A stretch of DNA of 60,377 nucleotides, filler included, from Sluysia triapertura (taxonomy: Eukaryota): assembly GCA_046118255.1 (NCBI GenBank). It is 4 parts of 4 records of this genome, joined end to end, with 100 filler letters (N's around TTAATTAATTAA, not from the genome) between each part and the next. Parts side by side here need not be neighbours in the genome. Positions count along the whole stretch, not along the records: positions 1 to 22,212 come from JBJNIA010234007.1; 3 more parts are not named here. One strand, 5' to 3'. Made by a program: the position numbers and the translations under genes. Below are positions 1-13,091 of this stretch, piece by piece. The first letter of the stretch is position 1. Each line of letters starts with the position of its first letter. Below the pieces are notes generated by a model. It was not told where the DNA came from. It saw nothing but the letters and a program-made list of their open reading frames with translations, and did not search any database.

Positions 1-1708
1 AAAAATAAAAAAATGACTAAACATTGCATAATAAATTATGCTTTTATTTTATTGAATCTAAATTCAGAAATAATTCTTACACATGAGTTATATTTTTGTA
101 GAATTAAACTTTTAAAATATAAACTTAATAATTTTAAGCATTTAAAATATAGTAATAAAATAAGGCGTTACAACTATTATTATGACAAATAAGTTTGTTT
201 AGAAATTTCAAATTGTATCATTTTTATTCTTGAAACTAATATATAAGTGAGTGTTCTGTTATACTTATTCATTTAGTATTCAAATCTAAAATTCATATTT
301 TGGGTCATTCTAAAAGCAAAAAATCATTCGTGACAAGGTCGTCTCCTTTTTCGAGCAAAAAATACCACTTTTGTAACAAATGAAGTATTTATAAATTCCG
401 AAATATTACCAAGTTTTACTCTTGTTCCATAAACATATCCACTTTTGACTTTTAACAATGTCGTTAATATCCGGTTTTTAAAACTTCCATCTAGTCGCAA
501 AAATCGACTGAAATTGGTAGGTCTACCACAACAGGACCACACAATTCATAGATGAACCACATTTAAACGAAAAACATCTACGATGAAATCGTAATCTATA
601 CTGACATAAAAATCATATTATAACTGTTGTATTTCCCCGAGAATGATTGCTACTTGGTACTCTTGCTGACGTATATTCGTCTAGGTAAAGACATTTATAG
701 TATTATAGTATGGAATGAAAATACTTACAAAAGTGCTGTGGTTTTTCTTAACTAATTGTGAGGATTATCATTGTGATAGAAATTATGATAACAATAAACA
801 CAACCAATGATAATTATAAACAATGGCTATGTTTATGTATTGAATGAATCGAGTAATTTGTTTAGCGTTTTTGTATGTAAGAAATGTTCATTTGTGATGA
901 AATGTATTGTGATATTGATATGAAAATGTGGAGTTATAACTTTATTAATCTTATGAATCGTTTTGTCTTGATTAGTGTGATGTCACTTTCATCATTCGAA
1001 AATACTTGATTAGTTACAATGAGGAAATAGTGGCTATTTTCATAATATTTTGTGCCTCCATAATACAGAATCTATTTATTTTTATATAAAGCAATGTGTG
1101 TGTTTCGTGGATGTGGGACATTAAGTTGTTTTATTTTTTCTAACAAATGATGCCGAATTGAAATTATACATGTTGCAAATGATAAATGCATAACTAAAAT
1201 TTTGTTTATAATTTACAATAATTGCGTGATTTATCCAAAATGATGATAATTTGACACATATCAATTTAAATGATTAAAACAAATGCAGGATTAATGATAA
1301 GATTAATTGTTAATTTGAAAGAAGTTGAGATATTCGGAATATGAATAATGTTCAACTAATTCCAGTTCGTATTAAAGTTAATAATCTTTTAAATAAAACT
1401 TTGAGGTTTTTTATTATAAATGTATATTTCATAAACGAACAAAAACATAATATCTGAAACCAAATTCATACAAATATTCTACGATGAATTAATTTTTTCA
1501 AAAGGTTCATTAAGCAATTTCGACAAAACAAATTCATAATAGAGTTCACAAAGAGTTTGTTAAACTTTTACTTTTTAGTAATTATTCTCATGTAGCTTCG
1601 ACTGCAGATAAATAATATTAAAAATGTTTTTAATTAATATGTTATAAATTCAGATTCGGAGAGAATGTTAATTAGTTTCTGAACACTTATCAAATGTTGT
1701 ATTAATAG

Positions 1709-1765
1709 TGTTAGACTTCATAAAATTGACTGACCGGGAATCGAACCTGGGCCCTCTAGCTGCTC
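1709..1765 (-). mobile_element. Partial copy (3' half) of the 98-bp tRNA-containing TGTTAGAC-bounded element
   Basis: Reads tgttagacttcataaaattgactgaccgggaatcgaacctgggccctc, the reverse complement of the T-arm/B-box, acceptor strand, T-run and terminus of the copies at 18476 and 57344. Confidence 0.75.
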
Positions 1766-2230
1766 ATTTTCGTTAAACATCACACAAACAATATATTTAT
1801 TTTATGCACTTGTATTCATTATTAGTGACCAGCACAGAAATCAACCATTTTTGAATCGTTACATAGACACATATGTGATAATAGAAAATACACTGGAGTA
1901 AGTTGTAAAAATAAAATAATAATTGAGCAATAATAAAACAAAGATAGTACTATAAAAAAACGATAATGATATAACAATGGAGTAATAATATAACACTGAT
2001 AATACGAATAAGATAACAACAATAATACGAGCAGCTGAGAAGAATAAAATGACAATAAAAGATGATAAAACAATAAAAAATGAGCTGGTCATAATAATAA
2101 TAACGTTATACTGTACTGTTCGAGATTTGAATTGATATGTGTGAGTATATAAAAATGTAGAAGGTAAAATAGTAGATAGTCGTAAATAAATTAATTGCTT
2201 TATATGTTGTTATTTAAGTTTAAATGATTG

Positions 2231-2515
2231 TGTTAGGTTGCCAACACAACCCTACAAAATAATTCTAAGGTGTTATAATGGCACATTAAAATTATTTAGA
2301 ACTTTTTAAAATCATGAAAAATTATTTAAAATCATAAAAAAATATTCCAAAATCATTTAAATTTAATTAAAAAACAATTATTTTCCAAAAAAGAAAGTTA
2401 TTTTTTCTAAAAAAGAATATTAGCTTCTATAAATAGTACAGAAGCATCGATTTTTATTGGATGATGACTAATATATAAATTAGCATCAATACAATGAAAA
2501 TCGCCATTTGCAATA
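2231..2515 (+). mobile_element. LTR-like dispersed repeat (solo LTR or fragment)
   Basis: Starts TGTTAGGTTGCCAACACAACCCTAC and contains atcgatttt...gatgacta-TATATAAA-ttagcat...aatcgccatttg. It is colinear with 57875-58090 and similar to 5410-5570 and 22000-22172 (-). The 3' end is not defined. Confidence 0.55.
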
Positions 2516-3031
2516 ATATCAGTTTTATATCAATATCAAGTGAAGAGAATTTTATCACATTCATAACAAAGCAGTTAACTGTTAACGCCATCCAAATCTA
2601 AACTAGTTAAAGGATATTGAAAAGATTCTTCATTTAGATTTTTGATCGACTACAATCCATGAAAAAGTAATTTGTTTTTGTTAGGATTGGTATTAGTTTT
2701 GCGTAAGGAAACTAATGTCGTAAACTACACGTAAAATCATATTCTGATAATCTTAGGGTTCCCCGATATATTGAGGGGTAAAATCCACTGTAAATTTATA
2801 ACCACTTTTTATTAAAGACTCAAAAGAGTTTTAACATTAAAATTCAGAATAAATTTTTAATTCTTAATTCTGTCATAACTTATCTATAATTTAATTGTTG
2901 TACATTTATTATTTAATTGTTTTCTGAAATAAAAACCCTGTTAGTTATTTGTGAATTTAATTAAATTAAATAGACCCTCCAATTATAAGATTATAAGTTT
3001 AAGTTACTGTATTTAGTTTAACTTATTTTGT

Positions 3032-3142
3032 TACAAAGGTGCCTTCTTTACGACATGATTTGCTTACTGTAACCGGATCCTGCTGAATTTTCTATTTTGC
3101 CGTAGGTTTATATTTAAATATCAATAAAAACCACAGCAATTG
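3032..3142 (+). repeat. Dispersed TIR-like repeat (family also at ~730-755, 6020-6100, 20057-20156, 21480-21560, 58221-58305)
   Basis: Shared motif ...actgtaaccgga.cctgct.aa...attttgccgtaggtt...aaaaaccacagca; several copies begin TA-CA(G/A). Confidence 0.55.
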
Positions 3143-3874
3143 CAAATAATTGTAATATGGTATTCTTGGTTCTGTTATTAGTCAAGGTTGCCCATTCTGA
3201 TCTAAAAATTGACTTACGTCCTTAGATTTTTAATTTATTTAATTGTTATTCACTAACTGATAATTGTGAAGTTTTCAAAAAACGTTTAATAGGAAAGGTG
3301 TAAATAAAATACCATAGAAATTGAGGGTCTGTGCATTTATGACCTATGTTAATAAAACTAAATCAGATCAATATAAATAAATTAATTAAATAACGTAATA
3401 ATATTTTATAGATTTCAATACAAACAAATTATTATTTTATTTACAACAATTATTCACATTTTTATGATATATTAAGTACTTATTACATCTTGTATATAAA
3501 ACGTTATATTATAAATGAAAACAACAATAAATTATAATTTATAATTTACATAAATAATAATTTATATTTCAAATTAATCTGTTTATTAATTCATTTTATA
3601 AGTTATTCTTACTTATTCTTTTATTCTTACTTTTTAAACATTATTTTAATAATTTATTAAATTTAATATTAATTAAATGTCCGCGATAAATCACTTTCAA
3701 CTCTTCCTGCCACATACCTGGTTTAGTCGTGCGCGCTTAACATTGAATAAGTTTAGATCCTTCTGATAGGTGAATAATTTATTGTTCAGAGTGAGTATCA
3801 CATTAAATTTGGATTTGGTTATGAAAGAGATCGTTCTGATCGTTTCAGTGTTTTATAGCGAATATTATATTAAA

Positions 3875-3876
<2 letters not shown>

Positions 3877-3910
<34 letters not shown>
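3877..3910. repeat. (TA)n microsatellite
   Basis: Seen directly. Confidence 0.95.
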
Positions 3911-3912
<2 letters not shown>

Positions 3913-5409
3913 ATCTAACATGTATCAGCATTGTGTGCATTAGTCATTTTTTGTCTTTCTTAATATCAGTAATTCTCACACTAATACTGTAATATTGTCG
4001 GAGATAAAATATTTCGCATCATTCTTGTGACATATTCAGAACATTAGTTCTAGAATTATATTTCGTATGTTGAATTTGTTTAGTATTTCATTTTGTAATA
4101 CTACATCTTCTTTTCTTATTTCTAATAAATAATACGAAATTGAGTTGACTGGACTTTTACAGGTGATTTGAATTTGTAAATTATATCTTTTTGTAAAAGT
4201 ACATTTCATATTAGTTAAAAATTCTATGTTTCTTGTATACTGGTGTTTCATCTTCCATAAATGAATTCATTAGATTAAATTGGCTAAAGAAATTGAAATG
4301 AATTCCTCCTATTTTCTATTACTCGGCAATTAGGTTGAAATAACCCTCATCCATGATTGTAAACTATTCTTTTTATAGAATATATTTACACATGAGTTAT
4401 TGTGATAATGAAAGAATAAATAGTAACAAACATAACTTAGAATTAAGCTTTAATAAGTCTCCTATCATTGAAATTCAATTAAGAATTTACTATAATAAAA
4501 TCGCTGAAAGTAAATACATTTTCAATTAATTATAAGCAAAAAACATTTCTGATGATATCGCCATTCTTATCATCACCAGATTCAAAAAATTGGAAAGTTA
4601 TGTAAAAATACCTAATAAAAACCAATAGTAGTACCAATATATAGTTATAATTATGTTCATTGTATTCTTTAACATTAACTAAGCCATTATTTTCATATTA
4701 TTATATTTTATAAGACATTGAAATCATTAGTAAATGAAGATGATAAGTCATCAATGATTTCAACCAATTAGTTATGGAATTAATGATATTTCATGTTTTT
4801 AATCATTATTATAAATTATTAAGAATGAAAGTTTTATACCAATGTTAATAAATACTATCATAAACACAAAATAATATAATTATTCATAATTAATACCAAA
4901 TAAAAATGTGTAACTTATATAATAATCCATTGTTTTAAAAACCATCGTAGTGATTGTATTGTTGATATCCAAACATTTAATTTAATTATCATTGTATACA
5001 CTGACAATTAAATCAATTAAATAATTGCATTCATAAAGTTATAATTATAATGACAAAATAATTAATTATTGTTTAAATTATTACATAAAATTTATTAGGA
5101 GTTGGTTTAAGGATTCACCTTATTGCTGAAATTATTGTAAACGTATAAATCTAAAATTAATTTAGTTTATTATATTAGTACAACATTTACAGTTAAAACT
5201 ATTCAGAATAATTTAACAATACAAAATAAGCAAAGGGATATTATTTTATTTTAGTAGAAGTAGTTTTGAAATTTATTTTACAATTAAATTTAGTATCTTA
5301 TATGAATTTAATAAACATTAATTCATTTTTGTCAGCCCTTTGGTGACTAAACATTTATCTTAAAAAATGTTGTTTTTGTTAGTTTGTTATTGCAATTCTC
5401 TAAAATGTT

Positions 5410-5570
5410 TTAAAAATCTTTCAAAACCTTTAGGAAATATTTATTTTCCAAAAAGGAAATTAGCTCCTAAAAATAGAAGATACGCTTTTAGAATGTTCTA
5501 GAACTTCCATCAATTCCTAATGACTAGTCTATATAAACTAGGATCAGTTTAGCTAATCGCCATTTGTAAA
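5410..5570 (+). mobile_element. Fragment of the LTR-like repeat family
   Basis: ttttccaaaaaggaaattagctcc...atgactagtcTATATAAActaggatc...aatcgccatttgtaaa matches 2231-2515 and 57875-58090. Confidence 0.5.
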
Positions 5571-6019
5571 TCTCAATTTTGAATTTGGTACAAATTTTAC
5601 ATCAAATTTGCAGCGTCATCTATTTGATTTTTTTAGAGTAAATGTGAATTTTTGGTAATCCTTTCACAATTAACAATCTCTTCAACACTTTGGCAATATT
5701 CACCGTACTACATTTATTCGCTTTCATTTACAATTCCATGCATTGGTAAATTATACATTGATGAATTTGTATTATCGAAGTTGAAATTATAAAATTAACT
5801 TAAATTTTCAGTTATTTTAATTATTAAGTCTAATATAATTATTAAAAATAATATAATTATTAGATTAAACACTCTTTATAATATCTTTTGCTTTGTTATT
5901 GCTATAAAACGTTTATATTTTGTTTAATAATGTTAATATTTGTTTTTACTTTAACTACAAAGCATTTATATTCAGATAAAAGTATTAACCTATAAAGTCA
6001 CATGAACGCCAACTATACG

Positions 6020-6100
6020 TTGTAAGTCGTTTGCTCAAACTGAACCATGCTCAAAAATATTTTGCCATAGCTTAAGAGTTAGAAAAACCACAGCACTTTA
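6020..6100 (+). repeat. Copy of the dispersed TIR-like repeat
   Basis: accatgctcaaaaatattttgccatagcttaagagttagaaaaaccacagcac. Confidence 0.5.
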
Positions 6101-9100
6101 AATCAATTTTCGTCCTATATTTCTCAATAAAATATATTTTATATCTGCATTTTCCATCAGAGCTTAAATCTAGAAGAAAATGTTTTGATGAAAGCTTCGT
6201 GAATAGAATAGCAAAAATAAGAAAAGATAATGAATGTTTAAAGAAAGAATTCAATATTTGATTGTTTGTATCACACTTTTTAACACTTAAAATAACTTAA
6301 ATTAACTATTTTATTGAAAAATTTTTCTTTAAAGAAAGCTCGTCACCAAACTAAGCAATAGTGTATTGAATTCTTTTATTAAGTTTTATTTCAATATTCT
6401 AGTAACTGACACAGAGTTTATAATATGAAATGATTGCAAATCAACTGCAAATTATTGTGCGAAAAACTTTTGTTTACATTTATGATATTTGTTTACTGTT
6501 ATTGCATAATTTGTTTAAAAATATTCATGAATTCTATTTTGAATTCATTATATAATATACCACTAGATTTCGCATTATTTCTAGGTAGCTTAAGTATGAA
6601 TTGATAATTTTATAGATTAAAATAATTAACTTTGAGAATTTGATAACTTTCTCCAAAACTTTTGAGTCCTTATTAAAATTGTGTTTATTAATATTACGTA
6701 AATTTAATAATATTGTAAATATTTCTGAAATTTGAAAAAATCTTTAACCGAAAAGCAAAATTTGAATGAAGTTATTTATTTAAATTGTTTTGCTTATCTA
6801 ATTCCAAATGAAATTTATTTAAATAGAATAAAATATTTTTGTATTATTCTCTTTGGTTTACGTTTTTAAGTCATAAGCAATTTTTATTGTGATAATTGGG
6901 AAAATAAAACCTTATTAATGAATGTACTCTTAAGATTTAACGTATTTTTGTCTTTATAAGTTTGAAGATTTACAATATTCAGAAAAGTTTCGCGAATTGT
7001 TGATATCATTATTGAATACCTTCTGATAATCAAAATACGCACAATCGTTTCGTATTTTTGTAATAGTTTGTATCGTTAATTAAGCTTTATTCTATACTTT
7101 TATCACTTTATTTTTGTCTTCGTTGATTTTAGATGAATTTTTCTGTTATTTCTTTCTTAATTTTAAATTTTGAAATTTTACATTTTTAAAATTTTTAATT
7201 TAAAATTTTTAATTTAAAATTTTTAATTTAAAATTTGTCGTAAACTTTCGCGAATAAAATAAACTTTTAGGTTGTTTATTTTAGTTTAAAGAATTAAATT
7301 ATTTCAATATTATTATTTAAAGCCTTTTGATATTTATTTATTTTCTTAAAAATATTTCTAGCAGTAATTATAAAATAACAGTAATATAGAATTTAATTTT
7401 AAAATAAAATTATCGATTATGAAATAAATTTAATCAAAATAAACGAAAAAAAGATCTAAATCCATACACAAGAATCATGCTTAGTTAGCAAGTTAGAACG
7501 ACTAAGAACCAGTGACATGAATAAAGAAAATTAAATAATAAATAGACGACATTGAATTTGAAAACAAATGTAATTTGTTAATATATTTACTTATTAGTGA
7601 TAAGTAAAAGGCTTCTGTGTCGGATTATGCAATAGAATAAAGAAAATAGAGAAAGTAATACTAAAACTTAATTAGAAATGCGTAAACGCCCGTTTAATAT
7701 AACAATAAACAAAAATAGTAATAATGAGCAAAATAAACAAAAAAATTAACACAATATAAAGCAAAACATTAAATCATTAATTATATAATTAAAGTCAAAA
7801 TTTATGATTAAATTTCATTTCTTTATTAAAATGTTCATTAAATTAATATTAATAGTAATAATTTTTTTGTTTTATAATGTTTTGTTTTATTAAAATAAGA
7901 TAATATTATTATTAAAATTAAAAAATAATTTAAACAAACAATTTCGAAAATAATTTGGTCATAAAAATAGATTATTTGTTGGATATCTTTTGGCAAAATA
8001 TTTCACTATAAAATTATTATTATGAGAAACGCCATAAATATCAATTAAAATGTCATATATTTGGGAATTTTCTTTTCTTTTTTTATAGCGATAGCCTCAA
8101 TAAAATTATTTATTTTAGATTTATATTTTATAATTCAAACAATGTCATTATAAAAAATCAAAATTTATAAAATAAACATAAAATATGTTGAATTTCTTTT
8201 AAATTTAATTTGTCAATGTAGCATGAGTAATTGATTTATTGTTTATGCATTTTTCATAAATTTTAAAATACTCATTAAATTTATTTTTGTTTAGAACATT
8301 CATTTTATTATTAATTGTATATAATACAAAGAATGAAATTGACGAGGCAGCTTCATTTTCAGTTTGGAAATCTTTTATAATAACAAGAAAATATTTAAAA
8401 TGAAATAAAATGTTTATGTTACAATAGTGATCTTTATTGTTTACTAAACAATGCTTTTATAAATATTAATTATTTTTATCGTTTTTTAAATATTATTAAA
8501 AAATATTTATGTAAAATAGGTAGGATATGAAAGTTTTAATATGAAACATAATCAATTATATTAGGTTGATTAATTAATTAATTAATAATTAATTAATTAA
8601 TTAATTATATAATTTATTTGTATTAATTTGTAAATATTAATAATTATTTAAGTATAATTAGAAATTTTGTTGGTTTTCATTATACTACTTAATGTTTAGT
8701 AGCACATTGTCGTATAAAAATAATTATTAAATTCTATAATTACTTTTGTGAGTTTATTAGAAGTATTAATTATATTCAGTGTTAATACAATGTTGTATTA
8801 TCTGCTTATCTTCAGAATAATATTTCATTTGTAATTTCTTTTACCTAAACAAATACAATTGTTAATACAAATTTTAGACCAAACTTGTATTTTTCACAAA
8901 CCCTTATTAAATTATACATAATTTATCTACGAAAAATAATAATCAACATTCTGTAATACAGTGGTCTTCACAGTCCAAATTGTTTCGCGAACCCTAAGGA
9001 CTAAAATAAAAATAATAAAGTAAATGTTTTTAAACATTAAAAAAATTAAAAGATATTTAATAATAACATATTAGAACATATTCATAAGAATATTTTCTTA

Positions 9101-10724
9101 CGAATTTATCGTCTACTTAATTTGGTGCTAGCGTAATTTACAAATCGCACGTTATATTTATGTTTAATTTAATCTAAAAATATCTTATTAATAAATTATT
9201 ATAATTCATATTACTTATTATTAAAACCTTTCTTCGGTCTCGCTTTGGATAAGAAATTAATAATAAACTTAAAACATTTATTTCAGCTACATATATGGAA
9301 AAACCAAAAAATTACGAATTTATAAATGAATAAATTTATACGATACCAAAAAAATTAATCACCATACATTTTTTTTCCATTAAAATTAAAACAAAATTAT
9401 AATACTATTTTAAATAAAAAATATGCAAAAAAAATTAAAAATTTAATTATGTATATTTTACATTCATTTATTATTTTCTTCCGCTATTTACTTTACGCTT
9501 TATTAATACCTAGACAAAGAATTTTAATGACACTTTACGTCTCGAAATTCGTTCTACACGGAATAACTGATTTATTTATGGTAATTTATTGAAAAATGTA
9601 GTCAAAAATTGAATTTAAACGTTTACTAACAAATTATATTTATTATTTAAAATTTAATATTTCTTAAATTTAATCTTTTGAATATTTTAAAACCCTTTAA
9701 AAGCGAATAAGTTAAAAAAGTTTATATCTTTTATAGGCCCATAGAATTATAAAATTCAATTAATTCGAAAAATAAAGAATTTGATTATTAAAATATAAAA
9801 GAATTATATTTCCCTATTTAATATAAAAGGCCAGATAACTTTTGCATGGGAAACATTCTTAAAACAGTTGATATTTTTGTACACCAATAATATTAATAAA
9901 TTCGAAAAAGCAGAAATTTAAAATTAGAATCATAATAGAATTGATAATTATATTAAGAATGTCACAGGCAACGATAAATGATTTTGTTGTGTCAATTAAA
10001 TTTATAAAAATTTTAAAATAAAAGCATACTAAACTCTTATCTTATAAAACAGTAATGTAACATTCAATTTTAAAGGTAAATTTTAAAGAAATTTTAATTT
10101 GTATTTACAATGATCATTTTTGATTTAGTGACAATATAATTAACGTATTATTTTTAATATATACATATTTAATTAAATATTTAAACCATCAAAATTACAA
10201 CTTTTTAGTTTCCAAATTAATATTATATTAATTATTGTAATATATTAATTATTTATATATTATTTGTAATATATTATTTATCAATTACCAATTATTATTG
10301 ACTAATTTTATTTAGTTTAATAAAATTTATTTAAACTTATTTTCTTTTTAATACGACCTTGCGATTTAATAATGAAAAATAAAATATTTAATTGAATTTT
10401 AGGTAAGTAATAAATTTATCGTATTTTAGTAATTTTTATTATAATATAAATTAATTAAGTTAGTGATTGTAAACTTAAGACGTTAAAAAAGGTTTTTATT
10501 ATTAATTATATAATACTGTCACATTTTCCTATATATAGGTTGGAACGAAAGCCTTTAATTAACTAATAAAGACAATATGTAAATTGAAAATATAAACAAA
10601 ACATAAATAGTTTGTAAAACTGAAAAAATTTCAATGTTTTATGAAGAATTGTTTAGTTTAAATGCATTATTAAATCCTTTTTTAAATGATTAATTTCTAT
10701 CTTATAATTAAATAATTGTTTCAG

Positions 10725-10815
10725 ATAGCTATCATTTAAAAAATATTATTTTGTGGCATATGATGATGGAGTTGACGTATTTTTTGTGGAAAGATGGAAT
10801 AAATGGAATGAAAAG
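10725..10815 (+). CDS. Isolated exon with a Mab-21/cGAS-like (cGLR) C-terminal motif
   Basis: tttcAG acceptor and AG|GTAATT donor. The open frame xSYHLKNIILWHMMMELTYFLWKDGINGMK resembles the Mab-21 family SYHLKT.LLW...W helix. No partner exons were confidently found. Confidence 0.45.
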
Positions 10816-11007
10816 GTAATTTCATTGTTGATAATTTTGTCGTTGATGATGAAGAGAAAAGTGGGCCACCATTGGTTTCTTAATTTACATGTTTTCTTTA
10901 TTGGTTAAATAAATATTATTATATATTGGACAAAAGTTTCGTTCCAATCATATATGTCGCTTATGTGGGACATTTGATTTAACAAAATATTTAAAATTTC
11001 TTCACTG

Positions 11008-11128
11008 TTATTTTATATTTATTTTATATTTATTTTATATTTATTTTATATTTATTTTTTTATTTTATATTTATTTTATATTTATTTTTAATTTATATTT
11101 ATTCATTATTTTATTTTATATTTATTCA
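11008..11128. repeat. AT-only ~12-bp tandem repeat (ttattttatatt)n
   Basis: Seen directly. Confidence 0.85.
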
Positions 11129-11776
11129 TTTTTAGTATTTTTTCACAATTCTTTTATTCGAAAAATAAAGTTTAACTATAAATGTTTTAACTTTATTTTC
11201 TCGATTTTAAACAATACATCTTAACGATTTAGAATAAAAAAAGTAGAAACAATTTATAAATTACGATGAAGCAGATAAAATATTTAACTAATAATTTATT
11301 ATAATATTAAGTATGAATAAATCTTAATAGTCTATATCATAGAAATTTCTGTTCGACAAAGATAATTATAAAAAAGGTCCTTAGTTTATTTTGCACTATC
11401 GAATTTTGTTATTACTGTTTTTTGTTTGAATGTAAAAATCAAAGTATAAATAAATAAATAAGTAAAAATGTTTGATATAAATTGAAAAATCTTATAAAAA
11501 TATTTAATGCATTTTTAACGTAAAGCATTTACTGCTTTAAAATATCATACAACTAAATGAATGAAAATGCATATGCAGAGCTCGAAAAGTTAAAAACTAA
11601 GAACAAAATCCAAAAACTTCTGAAATGAATGAAATGTTTACCAGCTAGCTTGTCTGTAATGTTAATAATGTAAGTGAAGAATAAGTAAATTCTTAAAAAA
11701 TCAAATACAATTGTGATGTATGACTCTGAAATGATATACAACTTGTTTGATATTAAATTTATTAAAATAAACATAC

Positions 11777-12199
11777 TATGAACTTTAATATTGACAGACG
11801 TTTCCAAATATCGTTTAGCTGGATCTGAATTTCGTAAACTGGCTTTATTTGAAGCTTGACACGAAATTGTATTTCCATTTGTCAGTAAGGTCACCACAAC
11901 TTGTAATGAGCTAATAGACGTTGTTTTTTGAAATTTCTTTTTAAAGCTCATTTTTGGACTAATCTCAATCGAATTATCAGAAATAACAAATGATCCATCG
12001 AAATTATTCGAATGATTTGTTATTTCTATTGAATTAAGAAACCATTTCAATGTTGCTGGTGGATTACCGTGATGTGATTCGCAACGTAAATTTAGGTACT
12101 TTTGTATGTTTTCAACTGGTCGACTTGAAACTGGAATAATAATCGTTGAACTTGGTTTGGAATTTGTATCTTCATAGATTTGAGGTTGTTCTGGTTCAA
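11777..12199 (-). CDS. Immunoglobulin C2-set (CD80-like) domain exon of a nephrin/Sidestep-type cell-adhesion protein
   Basis: 423-nt phase 1-1 exon (ttttatttaAG acceptor, GTATGT donor): EPEQPQI...LNLRCESHHGNPPATLKWFLNS...SSLQVVV...NGNTISCQASNKA...SVNIKVH. It has the canonical Ig Cys-Trp-Cys and the G.P.A.L.W and C.A.N motifs. Confidence 0.85.
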
Positions 12200-12710
12200 C
12201 TTAAATAAAAATGAAGCATTTTATTGAAACAAACATTCGGAAAATTTTAATTTGAAGAAAACTCAGAAAAACCAAAAATAAATAATACATATTAAATTAA
12301 TATTTCTTATTTCATAAATGATTTTAACAATTTAAATAATATTTATATATATTTTTCTGTTTCTGAAGCAATATCAAAATGATATGTTTAAAAATCTTAT
12401 TAATGCAAATTTTAAAATTTACAGTTCCACTTTTACTCGAATTATTCATAAACATAATAATTAATAATTATAATCAATTATAATAATCAATTATTCATAA
12501 TTATAATCAATTTTATTAAAAAATGATAAAATAATATTTTAATATTTGAGTCTGTTATGGATCGAATATTTAATGTCAAGCTGAGATTTTAAAATTCTTA
12601 GAGTCGTAAAGAACTACGAAATTCAAACTCGAAACATAATCATTATAAATACATACATAAATACTCTTTAACTCAACCTCACACAATTGTTAAAAAGTCA
12701 AAAAATAATA

Positions 12711-13091
12711 CTGTAAAATCCCGAGCATAAGCTGCTCGCGTATTAGCTGCAGAGAACGTTTTTATGGAAGTGTATTTTTTAATCGTATAAGCTGCACCAT
12801 TTGCGTTGATGTTCTTGAAATTGAAGAAAATGAAATGAATGTGAACGAGTCTGATCTAAACATTGCAGTTTTTCATGACCTTGTAGAATTACTAGAAAAT
12901 TTCACTTTTACTGACAATGAAAAGTGTGATGGTTTTGAGGAGTGTGATGTTGAAAATTGAAATAAATAAATAATCTAATCTTCAATTTGAATTGTTTTTT
13001 AGTTGTATAAGCTGCACATCATATTAGCTGCAATTCAAAAATGTTGCCTTTATGTACGTATTAGCTGCAGATTATGCTCGGGATTTTAGAG
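12711..13091 (+). mobile_element. Non-autonomous Tc1/mariner superfamily element, Tc2/pogo type
   Basis: TA on both sides; TIRs ctgtaaaatcccgagcataa / ttatgctcgggattttagag; repeated subterminal tat(a/t)agctgc motifs; internal acidic frame at 12808-12960 resembling a transposase C-terminal tail. Confidence 0.85.

Noticed and set aside
324-680. Minus-strand exon or selenoprotein candidate (TGA at 546-548 upstream of the 72-aa ORF)
   Set aside because: A second in-frame stop (TAA) lies upstream, and all frames before the apparent donor at ~728 are closed; at best an unidentifiable pseudogene.
1822-2092. Hydrophobic 77-83 aa ORFs
   Set aside because: Translation of degenerate AAT-rich low-complexity sequence.
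8929-9000. Candidate terminal exon for the Ig gene (LRVRETIWTVKTTVLQNVDYYFS*)
   Set aside because: Phase-compatible, but has no Ig or transmembrane similarity; unsupported without transcripts.
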